64,000 nt of DNA. Source: a virus. Taxonomy: Duplodnaviria; Caudoviricetes. Below, in pieces: positions 19,772-30,104 of the stretch (its first letter is position 1; every line of letters starts with the position of its first letter). The stretch is taken from positions 40,907 through 104,906 of the IMG/VR virus record IMGVR_UViG_2706795344_000001; one strand, 5' to 3'. The notes under the pieces were generated by a model, which had not been told where the DNA came from, ran no database searches, and was given only the letters and a program-made list of their open reading frames with translations. The translations under genes and the position numbers were made by a program.

Positions 19772-20737
19772 TTGAAAGATTTTAAAGACTTGCGATACTG
19801 GAAACAGAAAGCATTATACATGAATATGTACGAGGGCAAGTCTGGTGCATCTATTAGTAGGGAATTGAATATTCCTGAACGTACAGTACAAGACAACCTT
19901 AAAAAACTCAAAGTGAAGATAGATATTAATTCTATTTATGACCCTGACAATATTGGTAAGAGTATTGTGGATGGAGCTAAAATCCTATTCCATGATATTG
20001 AAACATCACTAGCAGTTTCATATCACTTTGGTCAATGGCAACAAAATTTAGGTATTAAGCAACAAGTTTATGAGAGTCACCTATTATCACACTCATGGGC
20101 ATGGAATGATGGTGAGGTTGAAGGTACAATTCTAACTCCTGAAGAGGTTTTAGCTCGTGATGATAGTCGTTTAGTATTTGAAGTATGGGCCTTACTAGAT
20201 AAGTGTGATATCTATGTTGCACATAATGGTAAGAAGTTCGATGTCAAGAAACTAAATGGTTTCTTCCTTAAACATGGCTTACCGCCACCATCACCATACA
20301 AGGTAGTTGATACCTTACAAATATCTCGAAACAAGTTTGGTTTACCTTTCCACAATCTTGCATACTTGGCTAAATTCTTGGATGTGACTCGTAAGATTGA
20401 GAACTCAGGTATTGAGCTATGGATTGATTGTGCCCATGGCATTCAATCAGCTTTAGATGAGATGTTGGACTACAACAAAGGTGATATCATTACCCTACGT
20501 GAGATTTACTATAAACTCATTGGTTGGGATAATAACGCTGTCAATATGTCGTTATATGTTCCTGTGGATGGTTTAGTGTGTCCACATTGTGCAAGCAATA
20601 AGATTACTAAGCTTCACAACAAGAGAGCGAGAACGGCACAAAGGACCTACCATGTCTATAGGTGTACTTCATGTACTGCTGTATTACGTGGTGGTACAGT
20701 GACAGGAAATGATACTAAGTTGTATCGTGTGATTTAA
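19772..20737 (+). CDS. DnaQ/RNase H-like 3'-5' exonuclease with N-terminal HTH and C-terminal Zn ribbon
   Basis: 'DIET', 'HNGKKFD', 'YNKGD'; 'ISRELNIPERTV'; CPHC..CTSC. Confidence 0.85.
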   Translation: MKDFKDLRYWKQKALYMNMYEGKSGASISRELNIPERTVQDNLKKLKVKIDINSIYDPDNIGKSIVDGAKILFHDIETSLAVSYHFGQWQQNLGIKQQVYESHLLSHSWAWNDGEVEGTILTPEEVLARDDSRLVFEVWALLDKCDIYVAHNGKKFDVKKLNGFFLKHGLPPPSPYKVVDTLQISRNKFGLPFHNLAYLAKFLDVTRKIENSGIELWIDCAHGIQSALDEMLDYNKGDIITLREIYYKLIGWDNNAVNMSLYVPVDGLVCPHCASNKITKLHNKRARTAQRTYHVYRCTSCTAVLRGGTVTGNDTKLYRVI

Positions 20738-20762
20738 ATGGTTGTTTAATAGCCGTTTATGT

Positions 20763-20800
20763 TTGAAAATGGTAGGTTTCATTGTTATAATGGCCTACCA
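20763..20800 (+). promoter_or_regulatory. Sigma70 promoter inside inverted repeat
   Basis: TTGAAA-17-TATAAT; TGGTAGG/CCTACCA stem encloses -10. Confidence 0.65.
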
Positions 20801-20819
20801 ATTAATTGAGGGATAGTTA

Positions 20820-21464
20820 ATGAGTCAGTATATAGAATTTGGTGTAGAGCAATTTAACAAATTTTTAAATGAGGAATTGCAACCAGCCGTTTATGAATTT
20901 AATGGTGCATGTGGTAAAGACCCACACGTTGTAGATGATATCGATGAAGCAGCATTAATGGTTATTAATGAGTGTAAACGTGTTATTGAAGAATGTGATG
21001 AAACTATTGCAGCATTTAAGGCTAAAGATTTAAAAGAGCGTTTAGATGGTGTGGTTGATGTTTACTGGACGTTTAGTCAGTTAGACAAATTAATGGTTGT
21101 GTTTAATGAGAAGTTTGGAGACAAGCTTATTCAACACATGAAAGAAAATTACGAATATGATGAAGTATTGTTATTAACTTATGCAGTTAAGCTTGCACCA
21201 TTAGCTATTCAGTTGGGTCAAGGTACAATCATTTCAGGTCATCGTATTTCTATTGCAGCTCGACGTATTATCGAGAACAACAAGCAAAAGTATACAACAG
21301 ATTTAGATACTGCATTGGATTGGGAAAAACATCGACCAGAAGGTGTTGTATTACGTAAGTATGAGTATTTAGGTAAAGAGTATTACTGCTTGAAACGTGT
21401 GTCAGATGACTACATTGTTAAACCTTATACATTCAAGGATGTAAAGTTAGAGGACTTAGTATGA
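20820..21464 (+). CDS. MazG-like/PRA-PH nucleotide pyrophosphohydrolase
   Basis: 'IEEC.E.......E.LDGVVDVY', 'NN.QK', 'KP..F' motifs. Confidence 0.7.
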   Translation: MSQYIEFGVEQFNKFLNEELQPAVYEFNGACGKDPHVVDDIDEAALMVINECKRVIEECDETIAAFKAKDLKERLDGVVDVYWTFSQLDKLMVVFNEKFGDKLIQHMKENYEYDEVLLLTYAVKLAPLAIQLGQGTIISGHRISIAARRIIENNKQKYTTDLDTALDWEKHRPEGVVLRKYEYLGKEYYCLKRVSDDYIVKPYTFKDVKLEDLV

Positions 21465-21844
21465 CAAGAAAAGTGGTGCGTGGTCCAGATCGAATTCCAC
21501 CTCCAGAGCGTTCAGTAAGTTTTAGCGACCTTACTCTTGGAGATAAGGATATTCAAGCAGTTCTGGATAAATGTGGTTTGGAATATGTATTAGTAAATCT
21601 ATGGGGTTTCGATAAGAAATTCAATGCTGGTACACCAGAGAAGTTTTATGAAGTTAAAGAATGCCAACATGTCAATCGTGAAGGAAAAAGAGTAACTGGA
21701 AAATTATATATTGGAGTCGAGAGACTTGATGATGAGTGGATTTTGCATGGTGCTCCGTCTGAACGGGCTAAGTTGGTTGCAAAGCGAGATGTGTCACTTT
21801 TACGAGAACTTTCTAGTATGAGTAGATCAGTAAATTCTTGCTAA
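21461..21844 (+). CDS. Hypothetical protein
   Basis: Overlapping start, RBS GAGGA. Confidence 0.55.
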   Translation: MTRKVVRGPDRIPPPERSVSFSDLTLGDKDIQAVLDKCGLEYVLVNLWGFDKKFNAGTPEKFYEVKECQHVNREGKRVTGKLYIGVERLDDEWILHGAPSERAKLVAKRDVSLLRELSSMSRSVNSC

Positions 21845-21848
21845 GTGT

Positions 21849-21874
21849 AATCCAGCCTTAGTGCTGGATTTTTT
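21849..21874 (+). terminator. Rho-independent terminator
   Basis: AATCCAGC/GCTGGATT stem plus T-tract. Confidence 0.7.
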
Positions 21875-21893
21875 GTTATATAGGAGTAGTAAA

Positions 21894-24800
21894 TTGTCAG
21901 GAAAATATACATCAATCTTAATGCAAGAATCGAACTCATATGTGGATAGATTCCCTCAGTTCGTGGATGCAATTACATTTCAAAAGGAGGATTTGTTCTG
22001 GACAGAGAAAGAGATCAAAGTTGAAAAAGATGAACAGGACTTAAAACATAATATCCTACATTCGCAAGTTCACGCTTTGATGTTCAACCAACGACTCTTT
22101 ACTAAATATGAAGATGTCATTGGTAATGATTACTGGATTGGTGTTGTACATAAGAAGTATAAGTGTCATGAAATTCGAAGACTGGCTATTTGTTTTGCTG
22201 ATGTCGAGAATAACATTCACTTCCCATTCTATCGTCGTGTGAACGAAGTTTTAGGGACCCATAACGATGAATTCTATGATGCATTTGAGACAGACCCTAT
22301 TTTAGTGGAACGTGTTAAATTCATGCAGGAATTGGTGGCATCGAAAGATACACTGGCATCTATGGGTGGATTTGCTTTCATGGAAGGTGCAGTATTATTT
22401 ACAGCATTTGCTATGATCAAGTCTCTCGGTGTTAAAGGTCAGTCATTTATGCCTAATTTGATTTCAGGTATTAACATGTCTATCCTTGACGAGAACTTTC
22501 ACATGCAGACGGCTTGTGAGATTTTCCGTACACAGTTAGAACTTGAGAATCGTACAGAGGAGGATGTTCGTAAGCTTAAAGAGGCCATCTATAAGCATGC
22601 TGAGAATGTCTTGGAACATGAATACATTATCATTAATGCTATGTTAGCTGAAGGTGATATTCCTTTTGCTTCTAAGAAGGAGTTGCAAGCATTTGCTCGT
22701 CACCGTGTTAACGTTGTATTAACAACTTTAGGTTTCCCTGAGTTAGCCACATTTGATGAGACAGATGATACTATCTCTGAGTGGTTCTATGAATTCATGG
22801 GTGGGTATACAAGTAACGATAACTTCTATTCTCGTGGTCGTAACTACAAGAAAGAGTTCTCTGCTGTTGACTATGACATTATCTCAAATGGTGCTGTAGA
22901 GGAAGTACTTGCACAAATCCCTGATGAGTATTTAGACCAAATGGGTATTGACTTGAATCGTAAGTTCGAAAAGACTTTAGAGGAAGAGTTAGAGGCCAAA
23001 CGTCCTAAACGTAAGAAGCACAACAATGCGGAAGATGCTTTATATGTTCCAGATTACAGTCGTGAACGTAAAGAGATGCAAGCACGTGGTGAAGCTCCTG
23101 AGTGGATGGCAACGGCTGGATGGCAGTTATTCAAGAAGAAATATCTTAACGGTGACTGTAAGACTCCAAAAGACCAGTACATGCGTATTGCTAAGTGTTT
23201 AGGGCAGTATGCACCTGAAGTTTACCCTTCTTGGTGGAATACTATTCCATATTGGGCTGGTTTGACATGGGAAGAGGCATTCTTCAAAATCATGTGGGAT
23301 GGTTTCTTAAGTCCTTCAACTCCTGTACTTTCAAACACAGGTACAGATTTTGGTATGTCGGTATCATGCTCTGGTGCTGTAACTGAAGATAGTGTTGCTG
23401 GGTTCTATGACGCTCGTAAGATCAATGCATTACTTTCGAAAGAAGGTTTTGGTACTACAATTGATTTAGATCGTATCCGTGGACGTGGCATGCCAATGAA
23501 GGGTGGTATTGCCAATGGTGCTCTTCCTGTAGCTCGTATGTTCCGTCAGGATGCTTTAGATATCAGCCAAGGCTCACAACGTCGTGGTGCTACAGCTTGG
23601 TATTACAGTGTGGAAGGTTTGGACTTTGATGAATTATTACACTTCTTAGAGTATGATACGGATGGCAATAATGGTGGTTGGAAAATTACTAATGAGCTTC
23701 TTAACCGTGTCTTAATTGGTGATACATTAGCTATTGAACGTTTGAATAAAATCTTAGCTGTTCGACACCATGTAGGTTTGGGTTACGAATTATTTATCGA
23801 TAAGGTGAATGCTCGTCGTCCTCAGATGTACAAAGATCGTGGTATGATGGTTTCTACAAGTAACCTATGTACTGAGATTACATTGTTTAGTGACCCTGAA
23901 CATACATTTACATGTGTATTGTCAAGTGAGAACTTAGTTCGATTTGATGAGCGTCCAGAGAACTTGGCCTTTGTTGGTACAGTGTTCCTTGACTGTGTGG
24001 CTGAAGACTTTATTCAGAAAGGTTCTAAGATCAAAGGTCTTGAAACTGCTGTTGAGTTTACTAAGAAAGGCCGTGCTCTTGGTTATGGTACAATGGGCTT
24101 TGCTTCATACTTAATGCGTAACGACATCGAGTATGGTTCAATGGAATCATTCTGGAAGAATAAGAAGATTTATTCTACCCTTGAAGCAGAAACAAAAGCA
24201 GCTTCTAAATGGTTGGCTAAAGTTCTTGGTGAACCAGAGTGGTGTGAAGGTTATGGTGTTCGTAATACACACTTAATGGCTATCGCTCCTACTAAGTCTA
24301 CAGGCTTATTAATGGGTGGTGACTCTGAGGGTATTAATGTTCCGTCAGCATTTGTATTTGCACAAGATACTCCAGCTGGAACTGTATTCCGTATTGACCC
24401 ATCATTCTTGATGTTGTTGAAACGTAAAGGTCTATATAAAATTGACCCTGAAACAAAACGATTAACACCTGAAACTGAGGCGTTATTAAAACGTGTGTCA
24501 GACAACCTTGGTAGTGTGCAAACATTAACAGATGTCTTGACAGACAAAGAACGTGCTGTATTTAAAACAGCTTATGAGATTAACCAGTACCGTCATATTG
24601 ATTTGTGTGCTCAACGTCAAGAACATATTGACCAAGCTCAATCAATCAACTTATTCATTGCGAATATGTCGGCTCAGGAAATCGCTAAGTTGTATATGTA
24701 TGCTGCACTTAACCCTAATATCTTGAGTTTGTATTACCATACTGGTATTCGTGACTCTCGTATTGGGGAGAATAAAAACGAATGTGAATCTTGTCAATAA
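21894..24800 (+). CDS. Class I ribonucleotide reductase, beta (NrdB) and alpha (NrdA) subunits fused in one ORF
   Basis: Beta: 'FW...EI', 'FTKYE', 'ENNIHFPFY', 'MEG..LF..F', 'DENFH'; alpha: 'SPSTP', 'SC', 'SNLCTEI', 'TCVLSS', 'APT', 'DQAQS.N', 'LYY', C-term 'CESCQ'; TTG start after RBS TAGGAG. Confidence 0.9.
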   Translation: MSGKYTSILMQESNSYVDRFPQFVDAITFQKEDLFWTEKEIKVEKDEQDLKHNILHSQVHALMFNQRLFTKYEDVIGNDYWIGVVHKKYKCHEIRRLAICFADVENNIHFPFYRRVNEVLGTHNDEFYDAFETDPILVERVKFMQELVASKDTLASMGGFAFMEGAVLFTAFAMIKSLGVKGQSFMPNLISGINMSILDENFHMQTACEIFRTQLELENRTEEDVRKLKEAIYKHAENVLEHEYIIINAMLAEGDIPFASKKELQAFARHRVNVVLTTLGFPELATFDETDDTISEWFYEFMGGYTSNDNFYSRGRNYKKEFSAVDYDIISNGAVEEVLAQIPDEYLDQMGIDLNRKFEKTLEEELEAKRPKRKKHNNAEDALYVPDYSRERKEMQARGEAPEWMATAGWQLFKKKYLNGDCKTPKDQYMRIAKCLGQYAPEVYPSWWNTIPYWAGLTWEEAFFKIMWDGFLSPSTPVLSNTGTDFGMSVSCSGAVTEDSVAGFYDARKINALLSKEGFGTTIDLDRIRGRGMPMKGGIANGALPVARMFRQDALDISQGSQRRGATAWYYSVEGLDFDELLHFLEYDTDGNNGGWKITNELLNRVLIGDTLAIERLNKILAVRHHVGLGYELFIDKVNARRPQMYKDRGMMVSTSNLCTEITLFSDPEHTFTCVLSSENLVRFDERPENLAFVGTVFLDCVAEDFIQKGSKIKGLETAVEFTKKGRALGYGTMGFASYLMRNDIEYGSMESFWKNKKIYSTLEAETKAASKWLAKVLGEPEWCEGYGVRNTHLMAIAPTKSTGLLMGGDSEGINVPSAFVFAQDTPAGTVFRIDPSFLMLLKRKGLYKIDPETKRLTPETEALLKRVSDNLGSVQTLTDVLTDKERAVFKTAYEINQYRHIDLCAQRQEHIDQAQSINLFIANMSAQEIAKLYMYAALNPNILSLYYHTGIRDSRIGENKNECESCQ

Positions 24801-24810
24801 GGAGACAGAT

Positions 24811-24921
24811 ATGAAAGATGGATGGGGTATCGGCATCCGTGATGGTCATGGACTTGGTAAAGAGGGTTGGTCGTTTAAACGCTCAGAAGGCTGGGATGAC
24901 AAAGAAGCTTGGGACTTGTAA
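24811..24921 (+). CDS. 36-aa Gly/Trp-rich microprotein (not in ORF track)
   Basis: RBS AAGGAG, ATG; MKDGWGIGIRDGHGLGKEGWSFKRSEGWDDKEAWDL. Confidence 0.45.
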   Translation: MKDGWGIGIRDGHGLGKEGWSFKRSEGWDDKEAWDL

Positions 24922-24928
24922 AAAGTTG

Positions 24929-24989
24929 TTGACAAGCTAAAACTTAACCATTAATATAAGGGCATATCTTTCGGGATGTGCCCTTTTTT
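24929..24989 (+). promoter_or_regulatory. Promoter immediately followed by terminator hairpin
   Basis: TTGACA-17-TAATAT then GGGCATATCT-ttcg-GGATGTGCCC-T6. Confidence 0.75.
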
Positions 24990-25263
24990 ATTATGAGGTA
25001 AATATGAGTGTTACTGAAGCTAAACGATCAATGGTTGTAACAATTGGGAATAACGTATATAAAGTTGTTGCCTTGAAGAAAGGTATCAATGGTGGGGATA
25101 ATAAATTATACCTTAATCGCATCGTTCATGGTGAGGTTGTGCCATTTATCCATAGAATTGCAAAGATGTCTGAAGTTTGCACAGTCGCATTGGATGGAGT
25201 TATTCATTATAAGGTTGAGAAGCCTGATGGGTCTATCGGTTTCATTAAATTCGGAGAAATTAA

Positions 25264-25857
25264 ATGATTGAGGTTGGTAAAAAATATAAAGTTGTTGTAG
25301 ATGAGAATCTAACAAAATTTGGTATATGTAGAGGTGATATACTTGAGGTATTGAAAATAGTAACTCAGTCTGATGGATTAAATCATGCGACTGTTGTTCG
25401 AGTCCATCGTGATGGTGATTCATTTGATGTTAACTTTAAAGGTTATCAATATTACTGGTGTATATTTACAGATGGTATGGTTAATACATCTCAGGAACTT
25501 TATGAGTTGGTTGAGACTGAAGGGAAAGCAGAGGTCACTAAGGCTTACCTTAATGCGTATGGTGTAGAAACGTTAGAAGATCGTTATAATAAATGGATTG
25601 TAGAAAATATCCATGTATACGAACTATTCTCTAAGTTTGCTATGCAAGCGATTGCTTCTGGCAAGAAACGTATTTCCCATTGGCTTATTGTGAATCGTTT
25701 ACGTTGGGAGGTTGAGATTGAAACTAAAGGTACAAGCTATCAAGATAAAGATTTCAAAATCTCAAATGATTACATTGCATTTCTAGCACGTGATTTTATG
25801 AAAGATCATCCTGAACATGCTGGAGTATTTAAAATTAAGCAAATGAAGAGAGCTTAA
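25264..25857 (+). CDS. Hypothetical two-domain protein
   Basis: ORF; SH3-like beta N-terminus, helical basic C-terminus. Confidence 0.55.
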   Translation: MIEVGKKYKVVVDENLTKFGICRGDILEVLKIVTQSDGLNHATVVRVHRDGDSFDVNFKGYQYYWCIFTDGMVNTSQELYELVETEGKAEVTKAYLNAYGVETLEDRYNKWIVENIHVYELFSKFAMQAIASGKKRISHWLIVNRLRWEVEIETKGTSYQDKDFKISNDYIAFLARDFMKDHPEHAGVFKIKQMKRA

Positions 25858-25858
25858 T

Positions 25859-26896
25859 ATGTTCATATTCATACTTGGTTTTATTCTTGTTGGGGCGATC
25901 TTCTACCTGTGGAAAGATCATTTAAGAGATTTTTGGTGGGTTGTATTAGCCTCCGTGGTGATCTTCTCTATGATGTCAGCAATAACCTACAATGGGGCTA
26001 AAGATTCTCAGGGTGGGGATAAAATGATCTTAAATGGTCATGTGGTAAGTAAGTACTCAAAGCGAGTATCATGTAGCCATAGTTACAGTTGTAACTGTAG
26101 GGTTGTAATAAATGGGAAATCATCATCGACCAAGTGTGATACATGTTATGAACATATGTATGATGTGGATTGGGTTGTGAAGTCGAATGTTGGTTCTGTA
26201 GAGATTGATCGTATCAATAGGCAGGGTACAAAAGAGCCACCTAGATTCACACAAGCTTATGTGGGAGAGCCATTCTCGATAGAGCTTGATTACTTTAATT
26301 ACATCAAAGCGTCACCATTGAGTGTATTTAAGGACTTCAATGCTTATAAAAATGTAAGTATACCAAGTTACCCTAAGATATTTGACTATTACAGAGTGCA
26401 TCATGTGGTTGATTTTAATAGTGAGTGGAGAGGTCAGTTCAAAGTTATTGATGACTATCTTGCACATAAACTAAAATACAGCTCAGCCAAAGTAAAGGCT
26501 AATGTGGTTGTGATCTTCTATGGTGCTGAAGATATACGTGAAGCTATGAGAGTTAAGAATTATGGTGGACGTATCAATGATTTAACAGTGATGATTCAGG
26601 CTGATAAATCTGGTGTAATTAAGAATGCTTATGTATTCTCTTGGTCAAAAAGTGATTTAGTGAATGTCGTATTAAGGGACAAAATCCTTGATATGAAAAA
26701 TATGAATGGTAGTCAGAAGATTTTAGTTGACAGCATTGATGACATTCTATTAAAATACTACACACATCGAAGCGTAGAAGATTTTAAGTATCTTGAGGCA
26801 AACATTCAAATGCCTACGTGGTATTATGTAGTAACTATTATGTACAGTTTATTAATTTTTGGTGCTAACGTTTTTCTTAGCCGTAATGTGAGGTAA
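25859..26896 (+). CDS. Membrane protein with Cys-rich extracytoplasmic region and TPM-like domain
   Basis: Two N-terminal and one C-terminal TM helices; 'CSHSYSCNC...CDTCYEH'; 'YGGRINDLTVMI'. Confidence 0.5.
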   Translation: MFIFILGFILVGAIFYLWKDHLRDFWWVVLASVVIFSMMSAITYNGAKDSQGGDKMILNGHVVSKYSKRVSCSHSYSCNCRVVINGKSSSTKCDTCYEHMYDVDWVVKSNVGSVEIDRINRQGTKEPPRFTQAYVGEPFSIELDYFNYIKASPLSVFKDFNAYKNVSIPSYPKIFDYYRVHHVVDFNSEWRGQFKVIDDYLAHKLKYSSAKVKANVVVIFYGAEDIREAMRVKNYGGRINDLTVMIQADKSGVIKNAYVFSWSKSDLVNVVLRDKILDMKNMNGSQKILVDSIDDILLKYYTHRSVEDFKYLEANIQMPTWYYVVTIMYSLLIFGANVFLSRNVR

Positions 26897-26899
26897 TTT

Positions 26900-27469
26900 A
26901 TGAAGATTAGTGGTAAGGTTATTTTTGCAATTGTTGTAGGTTTACTATCGGTTGCTCTGGTTGCATGTGGATTAACATATGTGAAATATAAAAATATTGG
27001 TGTCAACTATGAGCAGCAAGTGAAGGCTGTATATGACGACAATAAGGTGACATTGAACTCCTACACTACGAAAGTGCAAGAAGTGGCTCAAGTACCTGAC
27101 ATGTACAAAAAGGACTTGCAGGATGTGATTAAAGGTACATTCGAAGGTCGATATGGTGAGAATGGTTCACAAGCTGTATTTCAAATGATTCAAGAAAGTA
27201 ATATGAATCTGGACCCTAAGATGTACCAACAGATTCAACAGGTTATGGAGTCTGGGCGTAATGAGTTTAAGACTTCTCAGAAACAGTTGATTGATGTGAC
27301 ACGAAACTATGAAGCGTCTTTAAACTATGTCTGGTCTGGCTTCTGGTTGAACCTTGCTGGATACCCTAAGATTAACTTGAATGATTACCGTATTATTGTA
27401 ACTGACGATGTTGATCAGAAGATGAAATCTGGCAAAGATTCGGTAATTAAATTAAAATCTGGAGAGTAG
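26900..27469 (+). CDS. LemA-like membrane-anchored helical protein
   Basis: N-terminal TM then helical bundle ending 'R.Y...L....SGFWL.LAGYP'. Confidence 0.5.
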   Translation: MKISGKVIFAIVVGLLSVALVACGLTYVKYKNIGVNYEQQVKAVYDDNKVTLNSYTTKVQEVAQVPDMYKKDLQDVIKGTFEGRYGENGSQAVFQMIQESNMNLDPKMYQQIQQVMESGRNEFKTSQKQLIDVTRNYEASLNYVWSGFWLNLAGYPKINLNDYRIIVTDDVDQKMKSGKDSVIKLKSGE

Positions 27470-27470
27470 T

Positions 27471-27647
27471 ATGAAAGCATTTTTTACAACCTATTGGATT
27501 GTAGTTGCCTTGGTTTTGATTGGTTGGGTGTTGAATATCGCACAGATCATTAAGATGTCGGCTGTGACTGGATTGACGATTGTTAAGGTCATTGGTGTAT
27601 TCATTGCCCCTCTTGGTGCTATATTGGGTTGGATAGGAGCATTTTAA
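27471..27647 (+). CDS. Small two-TM membrane protein (58 aa, not in ORF track)
   Basis: RBS GGAG; 'IGWVLNI...GVFIAPLGAILGW'. Confidence 0.65.
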   Translation: MKAFFTTYWIVVALVLIGWVLNIAQIIKMSAVTGLTIVKVIGVFIAPLGAILGWIGAF

Positions 27648-28863
27648 TGCCTAAATACAAAATCTGTGTCACACGCATTCATGTGGATGAGATCATCGTA
27701 GAGGCTGCTGATTTAGAGCATGCACAGGAGATTGGTAGTCATTATGAGGATGAGATGGAGTCTACACGAGATAACCATATTGAGTCTGAATGGCCTGTAA
27801 CCAAATTACCAGATGATGCTGTAGTAAATTACAAACCTAAAGCGAAATATCTTGCAATGAAGAATTGGAAGTAATATAATTGGGACTATCGAGAGATGGT
27901 CCCTTTTTATTTGGAGGAAGTTATGTGGAGAGGTAGAGCAATTTCTTTCATGATTATCGATGACTGCTTGCATGATATTGTAACTCATGATGATATGATG
28001 AAAGGTATATCTGAAAGGCTGTTGGAAGAGAATATTGTAGCTCCAGCATTTGATTCGGTTGGGAATTTTAAATTTAAACCACGTTATGCAAACATGCGTC
28101 AACAAGAGTCAAATGACTGGAGACGTAAAGGTAAACGTGGTTTTAATGGATATCATAGATATGGATAAGAAGTTTAAAGTCAAATATAATACTATCTCTT
28201 GGGGATTTAAGGGTACTATAACCAGTCATGAAACTACAGTTAAGGCTGAGGATGTAAAAGATGCAGTAAAGAAGGTCTTGATTAAAACTAAAGGCCATGC
28301 AATTAACTTGAGAGCTGAGGAACTTGAAAATGGGTCTGACTAAACATGAACGCCTTGCTATACTCTATGGTTTTATGGCTTTTATATTTTGCCTAATGTT
28401 TCTGATGGCTGGTGGGTCTTATTTAAAAACTACATGTGGAGGTTGATATGGGTAAAGCGTCACGCCTTAAACGGCAACGTAAGGCTCAGAGAGAGCAGAA
28501 ACAACAAGCAGCTACTATCGCACCAATTCCATTGGAAGATGTCTTAAATGGGCAAATGGGGCGCTCCTATTGGGTGACAGGATACTATTGGGAACACGAC
28601 GTTAAAATCGTAGAACCTTTCTGTGTTGTTTGTATGTTTAAGAAGCTTGAGATTTCTAATTTAGATTCAAGAGATATAGAATACTATGAAGCTAAAAAGC
28701 TGTTGCTTGAGCCTCAGAAGTTATTTATACTTGAGGACAGGGTGGAAGCACTGAATGTATGTCAGATGCTTAATGATGAAAAAGAATTGTTGGATGGTAT
28801 GTCTTCATTCATGTCAGAGAACGATTTTAAAGAGTTTGCAAATAGTCGTATAGAGGGTTAATT

Positions 28864-29841
28864 ATGAGTGATGAAGTCCAGTATTTAAATCTATTAAAGG
28901 ATTTATGTCGGAAGATTGAAGAGAAAGGGTTTACAACCAATGATCGAACTGGTGTTGGCACGTGTAAAATATTTGGTGCTCAGATGAGGTTTGATTTGGA
29001 AAAAGGATTCCCTTTATTTACACATAAAAAAGTATTCATGCGTGGTATTTTTGAAGAGTTGATGTGGTTCTTACGTGGCGAAACTAATATTAGAAGTTTG
29101 CTTGAAAAAGGTGTGCATATCTGGACTGAATGGCGATACAAAGCATACTTGAAAGATTTCGAAGATAAGAATGCTGGACGTGGTTTAACTCCATACACCA
29201 TGGAAGAGTTTGAGGCAATGGTCGTAAACCATACGCCTACTGCTATTAAGTGGGGTGATATTGGTAAGGGTTATGGACATCAATGGCGTAACTTTGGTGC
29301 GATTGAAGATGAAGCAGTTGATGTTGGTGCATTTGGGCAGAGAAGTGTATTATACTCACGTGAGGGTATTGATCAGATCGAGTGGGTAATTAATGAGATT
29401 AAAACTAATCCAAATAGCCGTCGTATGATTGTCACGGGGTGGAACCCTCATGAGATTGAAGATGTAGACCTTCCACCATGTCATACACTATTCCAATTCT
29501 TTGTGGAAGATGGTAAGCTTTCTTGCCAGCTATATCAACGTAGTGCTGACATTTTACTTGGTGTGCCATTCAATATTGCATCATATGCCTTACTTACACA
29601 TCTTATTGCTGCTGAGTGTGGGTTAGGTGTTGGTGAGTTTGTTTGGACTGGTGGTGATATCCATGTGTACTCGAATCAATATGAAGGGTTGAAAGAGATT
29701 GTGAACAATCGCTTTGCTTTGAAAGCACCTACATTAAAGTTACGGAGAGTACGTGAAGATATTTCACAATATCAATGGCAAGATATTATTATAGAAGGGT
29801 ATAATTCATTACCTAAAGTGGAAATGCCTGTGGCTGTATAA
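28864..29841 (+). CDS. thyA: Thymidylate synthase
   Basis: 'DRTGVGT', 'ELMWFLRG', 'YG.QWR', 'LPPCH', 'YQRSAD..LGVPFNIASY'. Confidence 0.97.
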   Translation: MSDEVQYLNLLKDLCRKIEEKGFTTNDRTGVGTCKIFGAQMRFDLEKGFPLFTHKKVFMRGIFEELMWFLRGETNIRSLLEKGVHIWTEWRYKAYLKDFEDKNAGRGLTPYTMEEFEAMVVNHTPTAIKWGDIGKGYGHQWRNFGAIEDEAVDVGAFGQRSVLYSREGIDQIEWVINEIKTNPNSRRMIVTGWNPHEIEDVDLPPCHTLFQFFVEDGKLSCQLYQRSADILLGVPFNIASYALLTHLIAAECGLGVGEFVWTGGDIHVYSNQYEGLKEIVNNRFALKAPTLKLRRVREDISQYQWQDIIIEGYNSLPKVEMPVAV

Positions 29842-30032
29842 GGAGATTAATGTGAGTCAGTGTAGAGATGTTTGTAATTTTAGTTTTACTAACAACAAGA
29901 ATATGGTAGTTGTTGTTCAAATTCGTACTGACGAAGAGGTGTATTGGGTAATGGAAGGACCACGGTATATCGGGGAGTTTGATAGTTTGGAAGGAATTGA
30001 AAATTATTTCTTCTCAAATCATACTGTTGAAG

Positions 30033-30088
30033 TTGACTTGTCTGCATTTAAGTAGTAACCTATGGGCTGTCGAAAGATGGCCCTTTTT
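30033..30088 (+). promoter_or_regulatory. Promoter immediately followed by terminator hairpin
   Basis: TTGACT-17-TAACCT then GGGCTGTC-gaaa-GATGGCCC-T5. Confidence 0.65.
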
Positions 30089-30104
30089 AGTTTGAGGTAT
30101 AATT

